Part shown: piece after piece, positions 1 through 7,564 of the stretch
Position numbering within the stretch: the first letter of the stretch is position 1
Layout of the letters: every line of letters starts with the position of its first letter
Made by a program: the position numbers and the translations under genes
From: an uncultured Solirubrobacterales bacterium
GTDB taxonomy: Bacteria; Actinomycetota; Thermoleophilia; Solirubrobacterales; Solirubrobacteraceae
Assembly: GCA_963733555.1 (NCBI GenBank)
Contig: CAVTDO010000001.1
Coordinates: 64,913 to 128,912, forward strand
Direction: 5' to 3'
Length of the DNA stretch: 64,000 nt
Notes under the pieces: generated by a model
What the model was told of the DNA's origin: nothing
Databases searched by the model: none
Seen by the model: only the letters and a program-made list of their open reading frames with translations

Positions 1-502
1 CGCGCGTCGAAGCTTCGATCTGCGGGAGGTAGCGCTCGTCGGCCAGCGCCTCCCGGATGTCGGCCTCGCTCAGGCCAACCGCCGTCCCTTCCTCGATCAG
101 CACCTGTTCGTCGCCGATGTCGCGCCCACGTCCCCAGTAGGCATCGAACAGCCGCGGATGTAGCGCGTCCAACAGGTCACGCTCCCGTGCCAGTTCACCC
201 AACAGGAGCGCCTTGCGGGAGTTGGGGATCCGGTCGATCGTCCCGGCGAAGGGCAGCCCAGCGGCCGCGAACATTGCGCGCTGGCGGTCGACGATTCCCG
301 GGCCGTAGCGGCGCTCGAGCTCTGCCATGGGAATGCCCTCCGGCGGATACTCGGGATGGAGGACGAAGGGCCGCCACTCGACCTGCGCGCCGAACCGGCG
401 CTCCAGCCACGCCGCCCGCTCGAGGCCGACGTAGCAGAAGGGTCATATGTAGTCGCTCCAGACGGTGACCCGCGGGGCCCCGTTGGCGCTCTCAATCGCC
501 AT
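1..502 (-). CDS. DsbA/FrnE-family thiol-disulfide oxidoreductase with in-frame TGA (putative selenocysteine, UxxC); 3' end runs off the window
   Basis: Manual translation from ATG 502: MAIESANGAPRVTVWSDYI-[TGA 445-443]-PFCYVGLERAAWLERRFGAQVEWRPFVLHPEYPPEGIP...IPNSRKALLLGELA...LFDAYW..., open to base 1. It matches the FrnE-type pattern SDxxCPxCY...WRPFxLxP. Confidence 0.88.
406..435 (-). promoter_or_regulatory. Candidate bacterial SECIS stem-loop
   Basis: Starts 7 nt 3' of the UGA. GCUACGUC pairs with GGCGUGGC (8 bp incl. G-U); upper stem GCCU/GGGC; loop CGAGC. Confidence 0.45.
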
Positions 503-514
503 TGGCTACCAGTG

Positions 515-769
515 CTACTGCCGATACCGCTCGACGGTGTCGGCGTCACGCACCTGGGCCTCGTCCGGGTTCTGCCCGAACTCCTCACGCGCGCGTCGTT
601 GCCGCAGCAGATCCCAGCAGCGATCCAGCTCTATCTGCACGGCGCGCAGCCTCTCGCGATCCGCCTCCAGCCGCGCCTCGTCGGCGCTGTCGGCCTCCTC
701 ACGATGCCGGATCTCATGCTCCTCGGAGACGAGGCTCTCGATCTGGGCCGCGATGCTCTGATCGTCCAT
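515..769 (-). CDS. DUF2630 family protein
   Basis: 84 aa, 'LVSEEH...LDRCWDLLRQRRAREEFG.NPDEA.VR...TVERY'. TAGGAT -10 box lies 6 nt before the ATG. Confidence 0.8.
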   Translation of the reverse strand: MDDQSIAAQIESLVSEEHEIRHREEADSADEARLEADRERLRAVQIELDRCWDLLRQRRAREEFGQNPDEAQVRDADTVERYRQ

Positions 770-829
770 GCCCCAATCCTAGACCCCGCCCCTTGTGTCG
801 TCGCGCGGGGCGCCTATACGATCCGCTCA

Positions 830-1183
830 GTGTCACGTTGGGATGCCTTCGTGGATGAGATTGCCAATGAGCTGCGTACGTGGCCCGGGGTCCGGATTGA
901 GCTGCAGCCTGACGACGTGCTCCAGGTGAAATACGAGACCTCCGAGCTCGGGCAGCTCTACCGCGACCCGGGGGTGGCGGAGCTGCCGGTCCTCGAGGCG
1001 GAGCACGACGAGCTGTTGGAGCACGGCGACGCCGAACCGGCCGAGCTGACCCCCGAGTCGAGCGGTGTCAGCCACACCATCCACGGACCCAGCGACGTCA
1101 CCGCCACGCTCGAGCTGTTCGACCGGCGCTACCGCGACGTGCGCGGCGAGGACGATCCCTACAGCTCCGAAGATCCAAGCTGA
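830..1183 (+). CDS. Luciferase-domain-like (DUF5519-type) small protein, tentative
   Basis: GTG 830 preceded by TACGAT; 'ELRTWPGV...ELGQL...ELL..G.AEP...HTIHGPSDV...LELF.RRY'. The upstream part of the track ORF overlaps other genes. Confidence 0.5.
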   Translation: MSRWDAFVDEIANELRTWPGVRIELQPDDVLQVKYETSELGQLYRDPGVAELPVLEAEHDELLEHGDAEPAELTPESSGVSHTIHGPSDVTATLELFDRRYRDVRGEDDPYSSEDPS

Positions 1184-1202
1184 CCGAGACGAGGAGGACG
1201 AG

Positions 1203-1499
1203 ATGATCGTGATGTTCACCGCCCGGCGCCTGAAGCCGGGGGCGTGGGACCAGTTCCGCCAGGCCTGGGACCCGGGCGACGCCATGCCACCAGGCTTCCA
1301 GCGCGCCTATCACGCCCGCAACATTCGGGACGAGGACGAGGTCATCTCGTTCGGCCTCTTCGACATGTCGGAGGACGATTACCGGCGCTGGCGTGAGGAC
1401 GAGGACGCTGGTGAGACCCAGCGGGTCGATCGCCTCTCGGCCTTCGTGGCCAACGAGTACGTCTCAGGCGTGTACGAGGTGGTCGACACGGTCGAGTAA
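1203..1499 (+). CDS. Hypothetical protein, dimeric alpha/beta-barrel (ABM-like)
   Basis: SD-like GAGGA before ATG 1203; 'RRLKPGAWDQFRQAW...RNIRDEDEVISFGLF'. Confidence 0.55.
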   Translation: MIVMFTARRLKPGAWDQFRQAWDPGDAMPPGFQRAYHARNIRDEDEVISFGLFDMSEDDYRRWREDEDAGETQRVDRLSAFVANEYVSGVYEVVDTVE

Positions 1500-1514
1500 C
1501 GGAGGGGCCGAGGC

Positions 1515-1883
1515 TCAGAGGCTGACGCCGCGGTCCTCCAGCCACTCGACGACGGTCTCCGGGGGATCGCCCTGCCACTCGGCCCGGGCCGCCAGGCGGA
1601 GGATCTTTTCAGGCTCGTCGTTCAGCTCGTCCCGCCGGTGGGCGAGATAGAGGATCACGGCCGTCGCGACCGCCACCGCGGGATCCTGGAGCTCCACGTC
1701 GGCGCCTTCCTCGGCGATGGCCAGCCGCTCCTCCAGGTTCTGGATCGCGGTCACCGGCTCATCAGCATCCTCGAACTGCTCCAGCAGGTCGCCGAGCCGG
1801 GAGTCGCTGCCGTCCGGATCAGCGATCTCGACCGCGCGCTTGACGATCTCGAACAGGGTTATCGGTTGCGGCTCAGTGGGCAA
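1515..1883 (-). CDS. Hypothetical protein
   Basis: 122-aa acidic ORF packed directly downstream of the thioesterase; coding-like composition. Confidence 0.65.
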   Translation of the reverse strand: MPTEPQPITLFEIVKRAVEIADPDGSDSRLGDLLEQFEDADEPVTAIQNLEERLAIAEEGADVELQDPAVAVATAVILYLAHRRDELNDEPEKILRLAARAEWQGDPPETVVEWLEDRGVSL

Positions 1884-1885
1884 GC

Positions 1886-2380
1886 TCAGACCCCCGAACC
1901 CCGAGCGCGGAGGATCGTCTCCCGCTCGGCCAGTCGATTCTCACGCCGCAGCTGCGCCTCGTGCTCGCGCCGCCTCTCATCGGGCGTCTCCGGCGTCAAT
2001 GGCCGCACTGGCGTCGGCTCACCCTCATCGCCGAGCGCCACCATCGTCAGGTAGGCGGTACACGTGTGGGCGATCTCTCCGCTCGCCACGTGCTCGGACT
2101 CGACCCGGACCCCGACCTCCATCGAGGTCCGCCAGGCCGCGTTGACGGTCGCCTTCACGGTTACCAACTGCCCCACAAAGACGGGATCTAAAAAGGTCAT
2201 TCGATCCATTCCCGCCGTCACCACACGCCGCCCGCTGTGGCGAATCGCCGCGATTCCAGCCACTTCGTCGCATAGCCGCATGATCGAGCCGCCGTGAACA
2301 TGGCCGGCGGTGTTGGCGTCCTCGATGCCCATCCAGTGGGTGAGGATCGATTCCGTCGCCGAGGGCGGGTGGGACTCCAC
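1886..2380 (-). CDS. Acyl-CoA thioesterase (hotdog fold, YciA-like)
   Basis: 'DANTAGHVHGGSIMRLCDEVAGIAA...VTAGMDRMTFLDPV.VG...SMEVGVRV...AYLTMVAL'. Confidence 0.9.
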   Translation of the reverse strand: MESHPPSATESILTHWMGIEDANTAGHVHGGSIMRLCDEVAGIAAIRHSGRRVVTAGMDRMTFLDPVFVGQLVTVKATVNAAWRTSMEVGVRVESEHVASGEIAHTCTAYLTMVALGDEGEPTPVRPLTPETPDERRREHEAQLRRENRLAERETILRARGSGV

Positions 2381-2392
2381 AGCGCTGGCACT

Positions 2393-2845
2393 CTACGCGC
2401 CTTCGCTCGCCGAGACCTCCTGTCCGTTGGCGGTCAGCGTCACGTCGATGTTTCCGCGCGTGGCGTTGGAATACGGGCACACCTGGTGGGCCTCCCGCAC
2501 CACCTGGGCGGCCTCGCCGGGATCCTCGATCGATGGGAGGTTGACGTCGAGCTCCGCGGCCAGCTTGAACCCCCCATCCCCCGTGGGCAGAAGCATGACC
2601 TTGGCGTCGATGGCCACGTCCCCGGCGTCGAGATGATGGCGGCGGGCGACCACGCCGAGGGCCCCCTCGAAGCAGGCAGCAAAGCCAACTGCGAATAGCT
2701 CCTCCGGATTGGTCCCGTCACCCTCGCCTCCGAGCTCCGGGGGAAGCCGCAGGTCGACATTGAGATTGCCGTCCGTCGTCTCGCCGTGTCCCGCGGCCCG
2801 GCCGCCGGTGACGTGCGCCTCAGCTGTGTAGATGACCTTCGCCAT
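2393..2845 (-). CDS. ohr: Organic hydroperoxide resistance protein (Ohr/OsmC family)
   Basis: MAKVIYTAEAHVTGGR...GTNPEELFAVGFAACF...AHQVCPYSNATRGNI; both catalytic Cys present; SD AAGGAG. Confidence 0.92.
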   Translation of the reverse strand: MAKVIYTAEAHVTGGRAAGHGETTDGNLNVDLRLPPELGGEGDGTNPEELFAVGFAACFEGALGVVARRHHLDAGDVAIDAKVMLLPTGDGGFKLAAELDVNLPSIEDPGEAAQVVREAHQVCPYSNATRGNIDVTLTANGQEVSASEGA

Positions 2846-2932
2846 GGTGTCTCCTTGGTTGAGCGTCTTGCCACATGATTGCGCCACACCCCTCTCCCCG
2901 CGGCGCTCTCGCCGGTCAGCCAGAATGTCGAG

Positions 2933-3841
2933 ATGAGCGCGGCGGCAGTACGTGCGAGCGGCGTCGTCAAGCGCTTTGGCACGACCTGCGCGCTCGACGA
3001 GGTCGACCTGACGGTTGACGAGGGCGAGGTTCGAGGGCTGCTCGGCCCCAACGGCGCGGGGAAGACGACCCTGCTTCGAATTCTCCTCGGCCTCCTGGCC
3101 GCGGATGCGGGATCGGTCGAGCTGTTCGGGCGAACGCCCGGGGACGGAAGCCGGAATGCGCTGGCCGGGGTCGCCGGTTTCGTCGAGGATCCGAGCTTCT
3201 ACCCCTACCTCTCGGGGCGCGCCAACCTTGAGCTGCTGGTCGAGCTCGACGATGGCGTCCCCCCCGCGCGGGTCGGCGAGGTGCTCGAGCGAGTGGGCCT
3301 CAGCCGGCGCGGGGCGGACCGGGTGAGCGGTTACTCGACGGGAATGAAGCAGCGCCTGGGCATCGCCGCCGCCCTGCTCCGGGCCCCTCGTCTCCTCCTC
3401 CTCGACGAGCCAACGGCGGGGCTTGACCCCGATGGGGTGCGCCAGGTGGGAGACCTGGTCCGGGAGCTCGCCGGACAGGGGGTCGCGCTCCTCATGAGCA
3501 GCCACCAGATCGGCGAGATCGAGGCAGTGTGCGATGGCTTCACCGTCCTGCGCTCGGGCGAAGTCGTATGGGCCGGGACGGCGCCGGAGCTGCGTGCGCA
3601 GGCGCCGGCCTCGGGCTACCGGCTTGAGACGAGCGACGATGCCCGCGCACTCGAATTGGCCCAGCGAAGCGACGGCGTCCGCGCAGCTCCGGACGAGCGC
3701 GGGGGGCTGGCTCTGGCCGTCGAGGCCGGGAAGCTCGATCCCTATGTGCTCGCCCTGGGGGCGGCGGCGATCGCGGTACGGCGCCTCGAGCTGACGGTGA
3801 GTCCGCTCGAGTCGATGTTCTTCACCCTCACCCGTCCATGA
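2933..3841 (+). CDS. ABC transporter ATP-binding protein
   Basis: Walker A GPNGAGKTT; signature YSTGMKQR; Walker B LLLLDEP; H-loop SSH. Confidence 0.95.
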   Translation: MSAAAVRASGVVKRFGTTCALDEVDLTVDEGEVRGLLGPNGAGKTTLLRILLGLLAADAGSVELFGRTPGDGSRNALAGVAGFVEDPSFYPYLSGRANLELLVELDDGVPPARVGEVLERVGLSRRGADRVSGYSTGMKQRLGIAAALLRAPRLLLLDEPTAGLDPDGVRQVGDLVRELAGQGVALLMSSHQIGEIEAVCDGFTVLRSGEVVWAGTAPELRAQAPASGYRLETSDDARALELAQRSDGVRAAPDERGGLALAVEAGKLDPYVLALGAAAIAVRRLELTVSPLESMFFTLTRP

Positions 3842-5127
3842 GCGCCGTCTGGGGCGTGTTCCGCGTCGAGCGGCGCAAGCTGAGCGCTCAGCCGGCGATT
3901 CGCCTGCTTGCGCTCGTCTGCCTGCTCGGCCCCTTCATCTTCTCGGCCATCCTCAAGGTCCAGAGCGGGAGCCCCACCGACACCCTCTACGGCGTATGGG
4001 TCCACTCGTCGGGCTACGCCGTCTCGCTGGTCCTGCTCGCCTTCTCTGGGACCTGGGGGATGCCCCTGATCGCCGGCATCGTCACCGGAGACATGTTTTC
4101 CTCCGAGGACCGGTATGGCACCTGGAAGCTGATCCTCACCCGCTCCCGCCGCCGGGGTGAGCTCCTGGCCGGCAAGCTGCTGGCGGCTGCCGTCTTCGTG
4201 ACCGGTCTGACGGCGCTCACCGCGCTGTCGAGCCTGGTCGCGGGGCTGCTCCTGTTCGGCGCTCACCCCGTCGTCAGCCTGAACGGAACCGTCTTCTCCT
4301 CCGGCCGCTCGCTCGGGCTCGTCCTCATCAGCTGGCTGATCTGCCTGCTCCCCACCCTCGCTTTCGCCAGCCTGGCGGCGCTTCTCTCGGTGGCCACCCG
4401 TAATGGGATCGTGGGCGTGATCGGGCCTGGCCTCGCCGCCCTGGCCATGCAGCTGCTCCTCCTCGTGGGGAGCGGGATCTGGGCCCACATGCTCCTCCTC
4501 GACTCGGCCTTCAACGCCTGGCACGGGCTCTTCACCGCGCACCCCTATTACGGGCCGCTGGGGGTCGCGGCGGCGGTGAGCCTCGTGTGGCTCTGCCTCT
4601 GCCTGCTCGCCACCTGGCGCCTGCTCGAGCGACGGGAGTTCGCCGGACCGCCCGTCGCTCGGCGGCAGGGATGGCTTGCCCCCGTGCGGGCGGCGGTGGC
4701 TCTGTGTGCGGTGATCGCACTGATTGCGGTGATGGGGAATCTCGGCCCGGCTGGCATCACCGCAGCCCGGCTGCGCGCCAGCCTCACTCCCGCGTTCAAC
4801 AACCTGACGCTGCTCCAGCAGCGTGAGCTCGGCCGAGCCGTCCCCCCCGGGGCCAAGCTGCGCATCCTGCCCAGCTGCAGCCGGCGCGGCGCCGGTCCCC
4901 GGGGGCCGGGAGATTGGGTCTGCACCATGGACGTCTTCATCCCCCAGCCCGGCGCTGTCCCCTTCCAGCAGACCCCGGTGACCTACGACGTGAGCGTGCA
5001 GTGGGACGGTTGCTACAAGGCCCAGTCTCCGCCCGCCTTCATCGGTCAGCAGACAATGCGAGACGCGGCCGGCCACCAGGTCATCAACCCGCTCTACACA
5101 ATCTACGGATGCTTCAACACGCTGTGA
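3838..5127 (+). CDS. ABC-2 type permease with C-terminal extracytoplasmic Cys-containing domain
   Basis: ATGA overlap with the ATPase; about 7 hydrophobic segments; 'EDRYGTWKLILTR..RRGELLAGK' motif; soluble tail with 4 Cys. Confidence 0.85.
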   Translation: MSAVWGVFRVERRKLSAQPAIRLLALVCLLGPFIFSAILKVQSGSPTDTLYGVWVHSSGYAVSLVLLAFSGTWGMPLIAGIVTGDMFSSEDRYGTWKLILTRSRRRGELLAGKLLAAAVFVTGLTALTALSSLVAGLLLFGAHPVVSLNGTVFSSGRSLGLVLISWLICLLPTLAFASLAALLSVATRNGIVGVIGPGLAALAMQLLLLVGSGIWAHMLLLDSAFNAWHGLFTAHPYYGPLGVAAAVSLVWLCLCLLATWRLLERREFAGPPVARRQGWLAPVRAAVALCAVIALIAVMGNLGPAGITAARLRASLTPAFNNLTLLQQRELGRAVPPGAKLRILPSCSRRGAGPRGPGDWVCTMDVFIPQPGAVPFQQTPVTYDVSVQWDGCYKAQSPPAFIGQQTMRDAAGHQVINPLYTIYGCFNTL

Positions 5128-6245
5128 GGGCACGGGCGTGGATGGCCGTGCTTGCCGTTATGTGCGCGGTGATCGCAGCCGGATGCGGGGGCGGGAAGGC
5201 ACGGAAGACCGCGGTGCGCAGGCAATGCCAGGCCACGATCGGCTTCGAGGGCCCGGCCCGGGAACCGCTGGGTAGACAGCAGCTCGCCTTCGCCCGCCTC
5301 GCCGTGGCCACCGACAACGCAACCGAGCACACAAGGATCAACCTGGTGGCGGCGGACACCGGACACAACCCCAGCCTCGCCGCCGACCGCTTCGCAGCTC
5401 AGAGCGCCGTCGCCGTGGTCGGCCCGGCCACCGACCCTCAGGTCCAGGCCGTGGGTCCAACGTTCGCCCGGGCCGGCCTCGCGTTCATCTCTGGATCGGC
5501 CACCGGGGCCTCCCTGACCGACGGTGCCAATCCCACCTTCTTTCGCGTCGTGCCCAGCGACAGCCTCGAGGGACCCCAGGAGGCACGCTTCATTCTCACG
5601 AGCCTCCGGCTTCGCGCCGTAACGGTGGTGGATGACGGGAGCGCGGCCGCGCGGCCGCTCGTGCGGGCGATTACGGCGAGCCTCAGGGGGGCCAAGATCC
5701 CCACCTTCCACCTCTCGGCGGTCGAGGGTGTGACGCCGCTTGGCTCGGTGGCGGCGCGCATCGGTCTCCTCACCTCGGTGGTCGTTCTGGCTTGGCACAA
5801 CCCGCGCGCGGCCGATCAGCTGGGCCGGATCCTGCTCGCCCAGCACAAGACGGTCACGCTCGTCGGCCCCAGCAAGCTGTTTGCCCCCGGGGCGTTCGCG
5901 ACCCCTGGGTCCTACGTAACCTCTCCCGCCCCGGACATCACCGCCCTTCCCGCCGACGCCACGATCGTCCAGCAGATCCAGAAGTCCGTGGGAGCGTTCG
6001 CGATCGCCGCCCCGCCCACCTACGTGGCCACCCACGTGATCGACACCGCGATCGCCGCCGTGTGCCGGTCCGGAAGGGTCCCGTCGCGCGGCGGCGTCCT
6101 GGCCGCGATCCGGTCAACCCACCAGCCGGGATCGATCCTCGGTGTGCCCATCAGGTTCCAAACCAACGGAGACCTGACCGACGGTAAGTGGTTCGTCTTC
6201 CACGTGGAGGCCGGTGGTCACTACGTGATGAATCCGCTGCAGTAA
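5124..6245 (+). CDS. Branched-chain amino acid-type ABC substrate-binding lipoprotein
   Basis: GTGA overlap; lipobox IAAGC; 'AVVGP...SAT..SLT.G..PTFFRVVPSD' Peripla_BP_6-like motifs. Confidence 0.8.
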   Translation: MRARAWMAVLAVMCAVIAAGCGGGKARKTAVRRQCQATIGFEGPAREPLGRQQLAFARLAVATDNATEHTRINLVAADTGHNPSLAADRFAAQSAVAVVGPATDPQVQAVGPTFARAGLAFISGSATGASLTDGANPTFFRVVPSDSLEGPQEARFILTSLRLRAVTVVDDGSAAARPLVRAITASLRGAKIPTFHLSAVEGVTPLGSVAARIGLLTSVVVLAWHNPRAADQLGRILLAQHKTVTLVGPSKLFAPGAFATPGSYVTSPAPDITALPADATIVQQIQKSVGAFAIAAPPTYVATHVIDTAIAAVCRSGRVPSRGGVLAAIRSTHQPGSILGVPIRFQTNGDLTDGKWFVFHVEAGGHYVMNPLQ

Positions 6246-6311
6246 TCGTCGAGGCGGGAGCGCCGGCAAAGTAGCCTTGGGGCCCCGCCCGCTCCCGGAG
6301 AGGAACTGCTC

Positions 6312-7496
6312 ATGGCCACCACCGCCCCCGCGTCGAAGATTCGGCCCAAGGACTTCCTGGAGATCGACCAGCTGCTCTCCGACGAGGAGCGCGACATCCG
6401 AGACACGGTGAGGGCCTTCGTGGCCGATCGCGTCCTGCCCTTCGTCGGCGACTGGTTCGAGGAGGCGACGATTCCGCTCGAGCTGGCTCGTGAGCTGGGC
6501 AAGATCGGCGTGCTCGGCATGCACCTCGAGGGGTACGGCTGCGCCGGTGCCAGCGCTACCGCCTATGGGCTCGCCTGCATGGAGCTCGAGGCGGGCGACA
6601 GCGGCCTGCGCAGTCTCGTTTCCGTGCAGGGCTCGCTGGCCATGTATGGCATCCACCGCTGGGGATCGGAGGAGCAGAAGCAGGAGTGGTTGCCGCGTAT
6701 GGCCGCCGGTGAGGCGATTGGCTGCTTCGGTCTCACCGAGCCTGATTCCGGCTCCGATCCCGGCTCGATGCGAACACGGGCGCGCCGCGACGGCTCGGAT
6801 TGGATCGTCCACGGGCAGAAGATGTGGATCACCAATGGCTCGGCGGCCGACGTCGCGGTGGTTTGGGCGGTCACCGATGAGGGGGTGCGCGGGTTTCTCG
6901 TCCCCAAGGGGACGAAGGGCTTCACGACCCAGGACATACATCGCAAGCTGTCGCTGCGGGCCTCGGTGACCTCGGAGTTGCTGCTCGACGACGTGCGGCT
7001 TCCCGAGTCGGCGGTCCTGCCCGAAGTCAGCTCCCTGCGCGGCCCGCTGTCCTGCCTGAACGAGGCGAGGTACGGAATCATCTGGGGCGCCGTCGGGGCG
7101 GCGCGGGCATGCTTCGAGGCCGCTCTCGACTACAGCTTGGAGCGCAAGCAGTTCGATCGCGCGATCGCCTCGTTTCAGATCCAGCAGCAGAAGCTGGCCT
7201 TCATGGCCCTCGAGGTGAACCGGGGCGCCCTGCTGGCCCTGCATCTGGGCCGGATGAAGGACGAGGGTCGGCTGCGCCCGGAGCACGTGAGCATGGGCAA
7301 GCTGGCCAACGTGAACGCGGCGCTCGAGGTGGCCCGGACGGCTCGGCAGGTTCTCGGCGCCAACGGAATCACGCTCGAGTACCCGGTCATCCGGCACATG
7401 AACAACCTCGAGTCGGTCGTGACCTATGAGGGCACGGCCGACGTCCACGCGCTGGTCATCGGCGGGGCCCTGACGGGGATCCAAGCCTTCCGTTAA
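6312..7496 (+). CDS. Acyl-CoA dehydrogenase (glutaryl-CoA dehydrogenase-like)
   Basis: 'GCFGLTEPDSGSDP', 'KMWITNG', 'LNEARYGIIWGA', 'TYEGT.DVH' motifs. Confidence 0.92.
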   Translation: MATTAPASKIRPKDFLEIDQLLSDEERDIRDTVRAFVADRVLPFVGDWFEEATIPLELARELGKIGVLGMHLEGYGCAGASATAYGLACMELEAGDSGLRSLVSVQGSLAMYGIHRWGSEEQKQEWLPRMAAGEAIGCFGLTEPDSGSDPGSMRTRARRDGSDWIVHGQKMWITNGSAADVAVVWAVTDEGVRGFLVPKGTKGFTTQDIHRKLSLRASVTSELLLDDVRLPESAVLPEVSSLRGPLSCLNEARYGIIWGAVGAARACFEAALDYSLERKQFDRAIASFQIQQQKLAFMALEVNRGALLALHLGRMKDEGRLRPEHVSMGKLANVNAALEVARTARQVLGANGITLEYPVIRHMNNLESVVTYEGTADVHALVIGGALTGIQAFR

Positions 7497-7564
7497 GTGT
7501 CCTGAGTCCTCGGGGCATTAGAACCGACGCACCGCCGCGTGCGCGTGTGTATGTTGCGCGTGCG

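Noticed and set aside
97-588. Track ORFs 97..588 (-), 195..446 (-) and 187..468 (+) as the real genes
   Set aside because: They are Arg/Ser/Pro-rich out-of-frame products. The DsbA-like frame read through the TGA explains the region far better.
2846-2932. OhrR operator upstream of ohr
   Set aside because: Only a weak, imperfect dyad (GCCACATGATTGCGC). The same CATGATTGCGC occurs before the 42128 gene and is better explained as a -10 region.
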